64,000 bases of DNA from an uncultured Acidobacteriota bacterium (GCA_963836735.1 CAWIKP010000018.1:165414-229413); one strand, 5' to 3'. Shown: positions 41,276-52,740, numbered from the stretch's first letter. Notes: generated by a model not told the origin, from the letters alone. Program-made: numbers and translations.

Positions 41276-42476
41276 TCACGCCGGCGGCGTCGCCGTCTTC
41301 CTCGGCGGGTTGAAAAACGGCGTCGGCACGACCTTGACCGGAACGCGGTGCCGCTTGGCTTCCACCGTCAGCTCCATGTCGAGCGGCGTGCCGTCTGCGA
41401 AATGGGGGCGATCGATCGTCGCGAGCGCGATCATCTTCTTCAGCACCGGTGACCACGTCGTGGTCGTCGCCTTCCCCACCTGCCTGGAACCCCGATAAAC
41501 CGGGACCGCAGTGCGGGAGGCGGTCGCGCCCACTGTCGGCGGAAGGCCGGCCTTGTCGTAGATCCGCTCGACCGAGGGCCAGTCGATCTGAAGACCCACG
41601 ATCTGACGGCGCGGACCTGCCGCCTGCTCCCGGCGCAGCGCCTGCTGGCCTACGAAGCGCCCCTTGTCGAGGCTGACGAGCCGCCCCAGCCCCATCTCGA
41701 ACGGCGTATAGCGCTGCGCGTCGATGAGCGCCTTCTTCGAGCTGAAGAAGTCGACCTCGATCAGCAGCAGACCCGCCTCGACGCGAGCCACGTCGAGCGC
41801 CAGCATTCCGGCGGGCTTGACGTCGAACGGCCCGCCTCCTTCCATCAAGGCGTCCCAGACCTGAACGGCGTGTCCGGCGGGAACCCAGATTTCGTAGCCG
41901 AGATCACCGGTGTATCCGGTGCGCGAGATCTCGACCGTGACACCAGCCGATCGCGCCGCTGGTGACGCGGAAGTACTTCAGCCGGTCGATGTCGGCGGTG
42001 GACACGGCGCGGAGCAGGCGAGCCGAGGTCGGTCCCTGCAGGGCCAGGGCCGCGACTTCCTCTGAAATGTCGGCAACGTTGACCTGCAATCCGGCGGCGT
42101 TCTGCGTGAACCAACGCAGGTTTGGATCGGCGGCCGTCCAGCGGAAACGCGTCTCCCCGAGGCGGGTGACGGTGCCGTCGTCGATCACATGGCCTCGCTC
42201 GTCGCACCAGGGGGTGTAGAACACCTGTCCGACCGACATCTTCGAGACATCGCGGGTGATCAGCCGGTCGACGAACCGGGCGGCGTCCGGCCCGGTAATC
42301 AGGTACTTGAAGAGCGGCGACACGTCGATCAGGGCCGAGGCGTTGCGGATCGCGTTGTATTCGTGCTCGTGATGCTCTTCGTACGAGCTCACGGCGAAAT
42401 AGCCGGCCCATTCGCGGTAGTTCAGGCTGGCGCACAGCGGGAAGGTTCGTGAGTGGACGGCAGTTCCAATCGGCAT
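41276..42476 (-). CDS. GcvT-family aminomethyltransferase (THF-binding), frameshifts at about 41850-41950
   Basis: EYNAIRNASALIDVSPLFKY, VIDDGTV, LALQGPTS, ISRTGYTGDLGYEIW (shifted frame), ARVEAG. Confidence 0.88.
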
Positions 42477-42522
42477 CGATTCGTCGCGACTCGGCGCTAC
42501 GCGGGATTGCGTTCTACGTGCT

Positions 42523-44115
42523 ATGTATCACGAGGTGCACTACGACGCGATCATCATCGGGGGCGGCCACAACGGTCTGATCAACGCCGCCTATCTCGCC
42601 AGGGCGGGCCGGAAAGTGCTCGTGCTCGAGCGGCGGCACGTCCTCGGCGGGGCGGCGGTGACCGAGGAAATCCATCCCGGGTTCAAGTACTCCGTCTGTT
42701 CCTACGTCGTCTCGCTGCTGAGGCCGGAGATCATCCGCGAGCTCGACCTGCCGCGTCACGGCTTCGAGATCCTGCCGCTCGACGGCACGTTCACGCCGAT
42801 GCCCGGCGGGAACTACCTGTGGCGGGTCAACGATCATGCCAGGACCCGCCGGGAGATCGCGCGCCACTCCAGGCTCGACGCGGAGGCCTACGACGAGTAC
42901 GGCAAGGCCATGGTCGAAATGGGCCGCTTCGTGAAGCCGATCCTCACGATGACGCCGCCGGATCCGGCGTCGCTGGATCCCAGGGGCCTGAAGGACCTGC
43001 TGTTCCTGGGCCGCCGCTTCCAGTCGCTTCCCGAGGCGGACAAGTACAACCAGATTCAGCTGATGACGATGAGCGCCGTCGATTTTCTCGACCAGTGGTT
43101 CGAGACCGACGTGCTCAAGGCCACGATGTCGGCGTCCGGCATCATCGGGACGTTCCTCGGCGTGCGATCGCCAGGCACCGCGTACGTGCTGTTGCACCAC
43201 TACATGGGCGAGATCGACGGCGCGTTCCGGTCGTGGGGACTCTCGCGCGGCGGCACCGGCGCGATCTCCAACGCGTGCGCCGCGGCCGCGCGCGAGGCGG
43301 GCGCGGAGATCCGAACGAAGACGACGGTCTCGAAGATCATCGTCAAGGACGGCGCCGCGGTCGGCGTCGTGCTCGAGAACGGCGACTATCTCACGGGCAA
43401 CGTCGTGTCCTCGAGCGTCGATCCGCACCTGACGTTCCTCAAGATGGTGGGGGCCGAGCACCTGCCGGGCGAGTTCGCCGATGACGTCCGCCGCTACAAG
43501 TTCCGCGGATCCTCGGGCAAGGTCAACCTCGCGCTCGACGCGCTGCCGGACTTCACGTCGTTGCCTGGACCGGGGCCGCATCTCCGCGGCGCGATTTCGA
43601 TCTCCCCGAGCGTCGACTACATGGAGCGCGCGTACGACGATGCGAAATACGGCAGGTTTTCGCGCCGGCCGTACATCGACATGGTGATCCCGAGCCTGAC
43701 CGATCCGTCGGTCGCGCCGCCGGGGAAGCACGTGATGTCGTGCTTCGTGCAATACGCGCCGTATCACCTGAAGGAAGGAACCTGGGACGAGCAGCGCGAG
43801 GCGTTCGGCGACACGGTCATCAACACGATCGCGGAGTACGCGCCGAACATCAGGGACATCATCCTGCACCGGCAGGTGATCACGCCGCTCGATCTCGAAC
43901 GCGAATGGGGCCTGACCGAGGGCAACATCTTTCAGGGAGAGCTCACGCTCGAGCAGCTGTTCTTTCTGCGGCCGGCGCCGGGCTGGGCCCGCTATCGAAC
44001 GCCGATCCGCAACCTCTACATGTGCGGATCGGCGACGCATCCGGGCGGCGGCATCATGGGCGCGCCGGGAAGGAACGCCGCCATGCGGATCCTGAAGGAT
44101 ACGGGGCGCTCCTGA
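42523..44115 (+). CDS. FAD-dependent oxidoreductase, COG1233/PYROXD2-like
   Basis: IIIGGGHNGL, VLERRHVLGGAA, NLYMCGSATHPGGGIMGAPGRNAA. Confidence 0.9.
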   Translation: MYHEVHYDAIIIGGGHNGLINAAYLARAGRKVLVLERRHVLGGAAVTEEIHPGFKYSVCSYVVSLLRPEIIRELDLPRHGFEILPLDGTFTPMPGGNYLWRVNDHARTRREIARHSRLDAEAYDEYGKAMVEMGRFVKPILTMTPPDPASLDPRGLKDLLFLGRRFQSLPEADKYNQIQLMTMSAVDFLDQWFETDVLKATMSASGIIGTFLGVRSPGTAYVLLHHYMGEIDGAFRSWGLSRGGTGAISNACAAAAREAGAEIRTKTTVSKIIVKDGAAVGVVLENGDYLTGNVVSSSVDPHLTFLKMVGAEHLPGEFADDVRRYKFRGSSGKVNLALDALPDFTSLPGPGPHLRGAISISPSVDYMERAYDDAKYGRFSRRPYIDMVIPSLTDPSVAPPGKHVMSCFVQYAPYHLKEGTWDEQREAFGDTVINTIAEYAPNIRDIILHRQVITPLDLEREWGLTEGNIFQGELTLEQLFFLRPAPGWARYRTPIRNLYMCGSATHPGGGIMGAPGRNAAMRILKDTGRS

Positions 44116-44116
44116 C

Positions 44117-45686
44117 ATGCCGGGCCCGGTCATCATCGGCGCCGGCCACAACGGCCTGGTCGCCGCGTTCTATCTGGCGCGGGCCGGTTTCAAGCCGCTC
44201 GTGCTCGAAGGGCGCTCGACGGTCGGCGGAGCAGCCGTCACCGAGGAGATCGCCCCGGGATACCGCTGCCCGGCGCTGGCGCACTCCATCGGCCCGCTGC
44301 GGCCCTCGATCGTCGCCGACATGCAGCTCACCGGGCGGGTCGATTTCCTTCGGCCCGACCCGCAGGCTGGTGGCGCTCTCGCCCGGCGGGCGGCCGCTGG
44401 TGCTCTCGACCGACGTTGCCCGTTCGACAGAGTCCATCCGGCTGCACTCCGTCGAGGATGCCGGCCGCTATCCGGAGTTCTGCGCCACGCTGGAGCGGCT
44501 CGCCGCCTTCATCCTGCCGCTGCTGGAGCGCACGCCGCCGGCACTGGACGCTCCCGCGCCACAGGAGATCTGGGAACTGTTGAAGACCGGCCGGCGGTTT
44601 CGAAGCTGGGCCGGACCGACGGCTTCCGCCTGCTGCGATGGATGCCGATGGCGGCGGCGGATCTCGTCGGCGAATGGTTTACGGGCGATCTGCTCCAGGC
44701 GGCGATCGCGGCGCGCGGCATCTTCGGAGGCGCGGCGGGACCGTGGTCCGGCAGGAACCGGCGCCGCGCTGCTCTGGCATGCGGCCACCGATCCGGTGCC
44801 CGGCGGCAGCGCGATCACGGTCAAGGGCGGCCCCGGCGCACTCGCCCGCGCGCTGGCCGAGGCGGCGCGCGCGGCGGGAGCGACCATCCGCCTCGACGCA
44901 CGCGTCGCGCGGATAGTGATGCGCGACGGCAGGACGGACGGCGTCCTGCTCGACGACGGCGAAGAGATACCGGCGTCGGCCGTCGTCTCGAACGCGGATC
45001 CCCACCGCACGCTGCTGTCGCTCGTCGATCCGGTGGAGCTCGATCCACAGTTCGTGCAGCGGATTCGCAACTACCGGATGCCGGGGACCGTCGCGAAGGT
45101 GAACCTGGCGCTCGGCGCCCTGCCGGCATTCAACGGCGTCGCGAACCCGGGCGACCTGCACGGCCGCATCCACATCGGCCCGAGCCTCGACTACCTCGAG
45201 AGGGCGTACGACGCCTCGAAGTACGGCGAGATGTCGGCCGAGCCCTACATGGACATCACCATTCCGTCGCTGCTCGATCCCTCGCTGTGTCCGCCGAATC
45301 GCCACGTCATGTCGGTCCACGTGCAGTTCGCGCCCTACAAGCTCGGCGCCAACGACGGGACCGCGGCCCGCGATCTGCTCACGGCCACGGTGGTTCGAAC
45401 GCTCGAACGATACGCGCCCGGCATCTCGAACCTGATCGAGCAACGTCAGGTGCTGATGCCGGTGGATCTCGAGCGGACCTACGGGCTCACGCGCGGCCAC
45501 ATCCATCACGGCGAGCAGGCGCTCGATCAGCTGTTCAGCATGCGACCGACGCTCGGCTGGGCGCAGTATCGGACGCCGATCGAGGGACTGTTCCTCTGCG
45601 GCGCCGGCACGCATCCCGGCGGCGGGATGACCGGTCTGTCCGGCCGGAATGCCGCGCGCGAGATCGCGAAGACGCTCCAACGGTAA
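44117..45686 (+). CDS. Second COG1233-like FAD-dependent oxidoreductase (frameshifts)
   Basis: IIGAGHNGLVAA, VAKVNLAL, GLFLCGAGTHPGGGMTGLSGRNAA; paralog of the upstream gene. Confidence 0.88.
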
Positions 45687-45697
45687 GCGCGCGCCCG

Positions 45698-47820
45698 ATG
45701 CGACGAGTCGTCTGCGGCGTGATCGGTGCTCGTCGCGCTGGCCGCGCTCTGGACAGCGGCTGTGCACGGTCGACGCCACCCGTGCCTTTCGGCTTCGGTC
45801 CCTGCGTCCGGCGCGCGCCCAGCTCGCGCTCGAAGCGACGGTTCCTCGATCTGCCCGATCGCGGCACGGATTCGCGACGCCCATCGGCTGCTGACGCTGC
45901 GCCCGCATCCTGCCGGATCGCCGCGCGACCGCGAGCTGGCCGACTGGACCGCGCAGCAATTCACCGGCGCCGGAATGGACGACGTGCAGATCACCACGCA
46001 CGAAGTGCTGCTGCCGCGGCCGGTCGACGTCGCCGTCGAAATGGTCTCGCCGCAGGTCGTGGCGCGCCTCGATGCGAGAGCTGCCGGTAGAAGGCGATCC
46101 GGATACGGCGATCTCCTCCGCCGCCGCCGGCCTGCCGTACCACGCCTACTCCGCGTCGGGCCTGGTGACTGCGCCGGTCGTCTACGCCGGCTACGGAGAG
46201 GCCGCTGACTACGACTGGCTCGTCCGTCAGGGGCATCGAGTCCGTGGGCGGGTCGTCGTCGTCCGGTACTCCGGGCCACGCGCTATCGCGGCTTCGGCGG
46301 TATGGGCCGCCGAGCAGCACGGCGCCGCCGGCATACTGATGTACTCCGGATCCCGGGACGAGGACCTGCCGAAGGGACGCCGTATCCGGATGGACCGTGG
46401 CGTCGGAGTCCGTATCGAGCGCGGCAGCATCGTCTACGACTTTCTGGTGCCCGGCGATCCGCTGACGCCGGGCTGGGCTTCGGTGGCCGGCGCGAAGCGG
46501 ATCGATCGCAGCGCGGCACTGTCCCTGCCGAAGATCCCCAGCATCCCGCTCTCAGCGGCCGACGCGCGCCTGATCCTTCAGTCGCTCGGAGGTCCGGCGG
46601 TTCCTCGAATGGCTCCGAGCGATCTGTGCCGGACCTGCGCGCCGGGCCAGGCCCCGCCCGCGTTCGGATGAAAGTGAGGATCGCCGAGAGCGTGCGGCCG
46701 ATCTGGACGGTCACCGGGATGTTCCGCGGCAGCGAACGTCGAGACGAGGTCGTGATCGTCGGCAATCACCGCGACGCCTGGGTCTACGGTGGAGTCGATC
46801 CGTCGAGCGGGTCCGCCGCGCTCGTCGAGCTCGCTCGTACGTTCGGTGAGCTCGCGCAAGGGAGGGTGGCGGCCGAAGCGCAGCATCCTGTTCGCCAGCT
46901 GGGATGCGGAGGAGCTCGCGATGACCTCCTCGACCGAATGGGGCGAACAGCACGAGGCGTGGCTGCGCGATCGCGCGGTCGCCTATCTGAACGTGGACAG
47001 CGCCGCTTCGGGCTCGCGGTTCGTCGCCGGGGCGGTGCCATCGCTGATGCGCGTGATCGCCGGGGTCGCCGAAGCCGTGCGCGATCCGCTGACACGCGTG
47101 TCGGTCGCGGCGGCCGCACGCTCGCAATGGTCGATGGACCACGGCGCTCCAGTTCAGGGGCGCGACGCCGAGATCGTCGAAGATCGTCTCGGCGGCGGCT
47201 CGGACTACACCGTGTTTCTCAATTCACTGGGTGTTCCTGTCGCCGACCTGGCGTTCGATGGTCCGCTGCCTGTCTATCACTCGGTTCACGACACCCATGA
47301 GTTCGTGGCGCGGGTTGCGGATCCAGGATTCCGATACACCGCGACTCTGGTCAAGGTGCTGGGCATCGCGGCGCTGCGTCTGATGGAAGCGGACGCGATT
47401 CCAATCGACGTTCAAGCCGCGGCAGCCGGTGTGTCGAAGTACGTCGCGGAGGTGGGCGAACGCCTGCAGGGCAGCGATCGGCGATGCTGGCGGAGGCTCG
47501 CGAGGCGCTCGGCGCGCTGGAGCAGGCCGCGGCCGCATTCAGCGCGGCACGCGACGCGGCGCTCGCATCCGGCGACCAGCGATCGCCTGGCTGAATTCAA
47601 CCGGCGCGCGATGGCCCTCGAGCGCGCGTTCATCGATCCGTCGGGTCTGCCCGGCCGGCCCTGGTTCAGGCACGTCCTGGTTGCCCCCGATTGCACCTAC
47701 GCGCCACGCGTCCTGCCCGGCATTGCCGACGCCATCGACGCCGGCGATTCGCCGCGCGCGGCTGCCGAGGCAGGGCGGCTGGCACAGGCGCTTCGGCGGG
47801 CGGCGGCCGAGCTGCGCTGA
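45698..47820 (+). CDS. M28 peptidase, glutamate carboxypeptidase II-like (PA and TfR-dimer domains; frameshifts)
   Basis: RPHPAGS, GDPLTPGW, GNHRDAWVYGGVDPSSG, SWDAEE, AYLNVD, GGGSDY, GLPGRPWFRHVL. Confidence 0.85.
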
Positions 47821-47869
47821 CCGTCCGTGTCAACCCTCCGCCGTACGGCCGCCGGTCTAACTCTCCACG

Positions 47870-49587
47870 ATGACACTCCGACGCGTTCACGTGCCGGTTC
47901 TCGGCTTCGCCATTACCCTGGCCTCGACCGTTCTCGCGCTCGGCCAGCCGGCGGAGCCGAAGACCGACGCCAAGACGGTCATTCACGTGCTGAACCGGCT
48001 CGGGTTCGGTCCGACGCCGCGGCAATCGAGCGAATCACGGCGCACGGGCGTTCGCGCTTACATCGAGGAGCAGCTGCACCCCGAGCGCATCGACGACGGC
48101 GCGATGGCGGCACGGCTGGCCGGGTTCACGACGCTCGACAAAGAGCACGCGCGAGCTCGCCGAGGACTACTTCCTGCCGGCGATGATGGAGCGCCGCCAG
48201 CAGCAGCGCCGCGCCGCGCAGAACGGCGGACCGTCGACAGACGCCGGCGCCGCCGACGCCGCCAACGCGAACGCCCGAGCAGATGGAACTGGTGCGGATG
48301 CAGCGGACCGTCATCGGCGAGCTGTCGCAGCAGCGGATCCTGCGCGCGGCATACAGCGATCGGCAGCTCGAAGAGGTGATGGTCGATTTCTGGTTGAACC
48401 ACTTCAATGTCTTCGTCGGCAAGGGACAGGTCCGCACACTACCTCACCGAGTACGAGCGCGATGCGATCCGTCCGCACGTGTTCGGCAAGTTCCGCGATC
48501 TGCTCGGCGCGACCGCGAAGAGTCCCGCAATGCTCTTCTATCTCGACAACTGGCAGAGCAGCGCGGCGCCTGAAGCCCCGACGTCGGCGGATGCCGACCG
48601 CATGCGCGCGTCCGCTCCGTCGTCGTCCGCTCCCGCGCGATCCGAACGCGACCCGGAGACCTGGCCGGGTCCCGCGGCCGTTTCCCGCTCCTGACGCAAT
48701 CGACCGCACGACCACGAACAACGGTCAACCGGTCGCCATGCGGCGGCGCGGCCTCAACGAGAACTACGCGCGCGAGCTCATGGAGCTGCACACGCTCGGC
48801 GTCGACGGCGGCTACACGCAGAAGGACGTGCAGGAAGTGGCGCGCGCCTTCACGGGCTGGACGATCGCCAATCCACGGCTCGGAGGAACGTACCACTTCG
48901 AGCCGCGTCTCCATGACGATGGCGAGAAGGTCGTGCTGGGGCATCGAATCAAGGCCGGCGGCGGGCAGAAGGACGGCGAACAGGTCCTCGATCTCCTCGC
49001 CCGTCATCCGTCGACGGCGCGGTTCATCGCCACGAAGCTGGCGCGGCGGTTCGTGGCCGACGAGCCGCCGCCGGCGCTCGTCGCGCGGGCCGCCGAACGC
49101 TTCACGGCCACCGACGGCGACATTCGTGAAGTGGTGCGGGTCATCGTCACGTCACCGGAGTTCTTCGCGAGCCAGCGCGCCAAGATGAAGAATCCCTTCG
49201 AGTTCGTCGTCAGCGCGGTTCGCGTCACCAGCCTCGACGTGACCAATGCCCTGCCGCTCGTGCAGTCGCTGCGCGATCTCGGGATGCCGATCTACGGGGC
49301 GCAGCCTCCGACCGGCTACTCGGACAAAGCCGAGGCATGGGTCAATTCCGGTGCGCTGCTCAATCGCATGAACTTTGCGCTGGCGTTGACTGGCGGCCAG
49401 ATGCGCGCGCTTCGGCGGCACGTCGCCGTATCGCGCCGCGACAGCCGACGAGGCGCGGCGGTCCCTGTTCACGACCGCGCTCGCCAACGACGTCAGCGAG
49501 TCGACGTCGGCGACGGTCGCGAAAGCCGCCACCGCCGCGCAGGCAGCGGCACTGACACTCGGATCCCCGGAATTCCAGAAGCGATAG
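47870..49587 (+). CDS. DUF1800 family protein (frameshifts)
   Basis: HVLNRLGFGP, MVDFWLNHFNV, SPAMLFYLDN, NENYARELMELHTLG, ending LGSPEFQKR*. Confidence 0.88.
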
Positions 49588-49595
49588 GAACACCG

Positions 49596-50831
49596 ATGAC
49601 CTCACGACGCATCTTCCTGAAGAACGGCGGGCTCGCGCTGGTGAGCCTCGGTTTCGCTCCCGAGTTTCTCGCCCGCGCCGCCGCCGCCGCTGAACCGCGC
49701 AGGCGAGTGCTGATTACGATCTTCCAACGCGGCGCGGTCGACGGCTTGAACATGGTCGTGCCGTTCGGCGAGCGTGCCTACTACTCGGCCCGGCCGAGCA
49801 TCGCCATTGGAAGGCCCGGCTCGGGTCCCGGGGCCGCTGTCGATCTCGACGGGTTCTTCGGCCTGCACCCGCGGCTCGCGCCGCTCGCGCCCTTCTTTCA
49901 CGATGGCCGGCTGGCCATCGTCCATGCCTGCGGATCCCCGGATACGACGCGCTCGCACTTCGACGCGCAGGACTACATGGAAACCGCGACGCCTGGCGTG
50001 AAGAGCACGCCGGACGGCTGGCTCAATCGCTACCTTCACGCGCGGGAGCATCAGGCGGCGACGCCGTTTCGCGCGGTGGCGCTGGCGCCGCAGCTGCCCC
50101 GGTCGCTCCAGGGGACGGCGCCGGCGCTCGCGATCGGACAGATCGACAGGTTCGGGATCCGCGGCGGCCAGAGCGGCGAGATGGTGCAGTCGTCGTTCGA
50201 GAGCGAATACGCGGCGGCCGCGGATCGTGTGCTCAACACGACCAGCCGCGATGCGTTCAACGCCATCCGGATGTTGAAGGAGGCGGACCCGCAGCGCTAC
50301 ACGCCCGCGAACGGCGCCGAGTATCCCGCGTCCGGCTTCGGTCTCGCGCTGCGGCAGATTGCGCAGCTCGTGAAAGCGGATCTCGGCCTCGAGGTGGCCT
50401 TCGCCGAATCGGGGAACTGGGATCATCACGCCAACGAGGGAGCCGCCGTCGGGCAGCTCGCCAATCGCCTCGACGACCACGCCCGCGGCATCGCCGCGCT
50501 GGTCCGCGATCTTGGCGACCGGATGCAGGATGTGGTCATCCTCACCATGTCGGAGTTCGGTCGCACCGTCGCCGAGAACGGCAACCGCGGCACCGATCAC
50601 GGCCACGGGAACGCGATGATGATCCTCGGTGGCGGGGTGCGCGGCGGTAAGGTCTACGGCCGCTGGCCGGGCCTCGCCCCCGAACAACGCCACGAGGGCC
50701 GCGACCTCACGATTACGACGGACTTCCGAGCGGTGTTCAACGAGGTGGTCCGCGCGCATCTCGGCCTGACCGACACGAGCCGCGTGTTCCCGGGGTTCAG
50801 GGCGGAGGGGACGTTGGGGATCTTTGGGTAG
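49596..50831 (+). CDS. DUF1501 family protein with a Tat signal
   Basis: MTSRRIFLK, IFQRGAVDGL, RSHFDAQDYME, WDHHANE, MSEFGRT..ENGNRGTDHG. Confidence 0.9.
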   Translation: MTSRRIFLKNGGLALVSLGFAPEFLARAAAAAEPRRRVLITIFQRGAVDGLNMVVPFGERAYYSARPSIAIGRPGSGPGAAVDLDGFFGLHPRLAPLAPFFHDGRLAIVHACGSPDTTRSHFDAQDYMETATPGVKSTPDGWLNRYLHAREHQAATPFRAVALAPQLPRSLQGTAPALAIGQIDRFGIRGGQSGEMVQSSFESEYAAAADRVLNTTSRDAFNAIRMLKEADPQRYTPANGAEYPASGFGLALRQIAQLVKADLGLEVAFAESGNWDHHANEGAAVGQLANRLDDHARGIAALVRDLGDRMQDVVILTMSEFGRTVAENGNRGTDHGHGNAMMILGGGVRGGKVYGRWPGLAPEQRHEGRDLTITTDFRAVFNEVVRAHLGLTDTSRVFPGFRAEGTLGIFG

Positions 50832-50850
50832 CCCCGAGTACACTCCCCCC

Positions 50851-51967
50851 GTGGACCTTACGTCCCTGCGCACCCCGTGCGTCCTCGATCGATCAGTCGA
50901 AGGTCGAACGCAACATCGAGCGCATGCAGGATGCCGTCGAAGCCTCCGGCAAACGCCTGCGCCCGCACGCCAAGACGCACAAGAGCCCGGATTTGGCGCT
51001 GATCCAGATCGCGCGCGGGGCGATCGGGATCTGCTGCGCGAAGCTCGGCGAGGCCGAGGTGTTCGCCGGGCACGGGATCGCTGACATCCGCCTGCCTTAC
51101 CCGCTGAATCCGGTCAACGGCGATCGGGTCCTGGCGCTTCTCGATCGCACACACCTGTCCTTCGTGGTCGATCACCTCGACGTCGCCCGAGGCTGGTCGC
51201 GCGTCATGCAGGACGCCGGACGTCAGGTCGACGTGCTCGTGAAGATCGACGTCGGTTTTCACCGCTGCGGAGTCGATCCCGAGAAGACCGATGCGGTCGA
51301 CTTTGTCGCGCGGGTGGCGGAGCTGCCGGGCCTGGAGCTCAAGGGACTGCTCAGCCACGCCGGGCACGCGTATGGCGCCGCCTCCGAGGCCGAGATATCC
51401 GCGATCGCGGCGCGCGAGGCGGAGATGCTGACGACGCTGCGGGATCGGATCGCGTCGAAAGGGCTTGCCCTCGAGGAGATCAGCGTCGGCGCCACGCCGA
51501 CCGCGCGGTTCAGCGCGCGCCTCGACGGAGTCACCGAGCTGCGGCCCGGCAACTACGTCTACTACGACCGCATGCAGGTGGGCCTCGGTGCCGCGCGGTG
51601 GGAGGACTGCGCGCTGACCGTGCTCGCGCGGGTGGTCGGCCGCCCCGCCGCCGATCGGGTCATCCTCGATTCAGGCAGCAAGACGCTGACGAACGATGTC
51701 GCGCGGGGCGCCGCGGGCTACGGTGTCGTGCAGCAATCGCTCGAGACACCGGCTCCCGATGACCGGCTGCTCATCGAACGGCTCTCCGAAGAGCACGCGA
51801 CGGTTCGCGTCACCGGCGAGGGGTGCAGGCTGGCGCCTGGCGATCTCGTGCGGATCATTCCGAATCACGCCTGCACCGTCTCGAATCTCGTCGATGAGGC
51901 GTGGATCGTGAACGACCGGGAGGCAGTGGACCGGCTGAGAATCGCCGCGCGCGGGCGAATCACATAG
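50851..51967 (+). CDS. Fold-type III PLP enzyme, D-threonine aldolase / D-serine dehydratase (DSD1) family; frameshift near the 5' end
   Basis: LRTPCVL, LRPHAKTHK, DVGFHRCGV, LLSHAGHAY, TELRPGNYVYYD, LSEEH, IPNHAC. Confidence 0.9.
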
Positions 51968-51979
51968 TAGAATCCGCCT

Positions 51980-52267
51980 GTGGCACACGACCTTCCCGGC
52001 GAAGCGCTCGGCCTCGTGGAAACCCGCGGGCTGGTCGGCATGATCGAGGCGGCGGACGCGATGGTCAAGGCCGCCAACGTCGTGTTCGTCGGATGGCAGA
52101 AGGTCGATGCCGGCCTGGTCACCGCCATCGTGCGAGGGGACGTCGCATCGGTCAAAGCGGCGACCGATGCCGGCGCCGCCGCCGCCCGTCGCGTCGGCGA
52201 GCTGGTCGGCGTTCACGTCATCGCCAACCCCGCCGAGGGGCTCGACACGATCTTCCCTATCGGCTGA
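51980..52267 (+). CDS. Bacterial microcompartment hexamer shell protein (BMC-H, PF00936)
   Basis: [27 protein letters not shown]...[33 protein letters not shown]. Confidence 0.95.
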   Translation: MAHDLPGEALGLVETRGLVGMIEAADAMVKAANVVFVGWQKVDAGLVTAIVRGDVASVKAATDAGAAAARRVGELVGVHVIANPAEGLDTIFPIG

Positions 52268-52294
52268 CCGTCCGCCTTCGGCTGCGGCGCAGCG

Positions 52295-52579
52295 CTACGC
52301 ACCCGCCAGCTTCGTCGCCGTCTCCGCCCCCGCAAAATCCTTCTCGGTGAGCCCGCCCTCGCTGTGCGTGCTGTAGGTCAGCGTGACCCGCTTGTAGCGG
52401 ATGTCGATGTCCGGGTGGTGGTCTGCGGCCTCGGCCGCGAATCCGAGCCTCACCACGAAGGCGACGGCCTCAGGAAAGTCCCGGAATTTGAAGGTCCGGC
52501 TGATGGCGTTGTCGCCGAGCTCCCAGCCGGGAAGCCCTGCGAGTTTCGCGCGCGCTTGTTCAGATGTCAGTGTGGTCAT
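52295..52579 (-). CDS. phhB: Pterin-4-alpha-carbinolamine dehydratase
   Basis: LPGW, ISRTFKFRDF, AEAADHHPDI, STHSEGGLTEKD. Confidence 0.92.
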   Translation of the reverse strand: MTTLTSEQARAKLAGLPGWELGDNAISRTFKFRDFPEAVAFVVRLGFAAEAADHHPDIDIRYKRVTLTYSTHSEGGLTEKDFAGAETATKLAGA

Positions 52580-52740
52580 GGGGGGAGGATACTGCGGCTC
52601 GGCGGCGGCCCGCAGTGGGGTGGCGCGGGGCGGCTGATCCCATCCTCCACGTAACCCACTGCCCTAGCTGAGCTCGACCCCGAAGTCTGCCAAAACTCAT
52701 CCATAAAACTACGATTGAAACCAATACTGCGTTCAAACGT

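Noticed and set aside
42523-45686. Carotenoid biosynthesis (crtI) genes
   Set aside because: No crtB/crtE/crtY genes are nearby, and the context is GcvT/Rieske/permease. Family membership alone does not imply phytoene desaturation.
48183-50831. DUF1800-DUF1501 fusion ORF
   Set aside because: The DUF1800 terminus LGSPEFQKR* is in another frame, and DUF1501 has its own ATG and Tat signal.
52295-52579. PCD-like Rubisco assembly factor (acRAF/Raf2) of a carboxysome
   Set aside because: The catalytic HHPD motif is intact and there are no Rubisco or cso genes, so it looks like ordinary PhhB.
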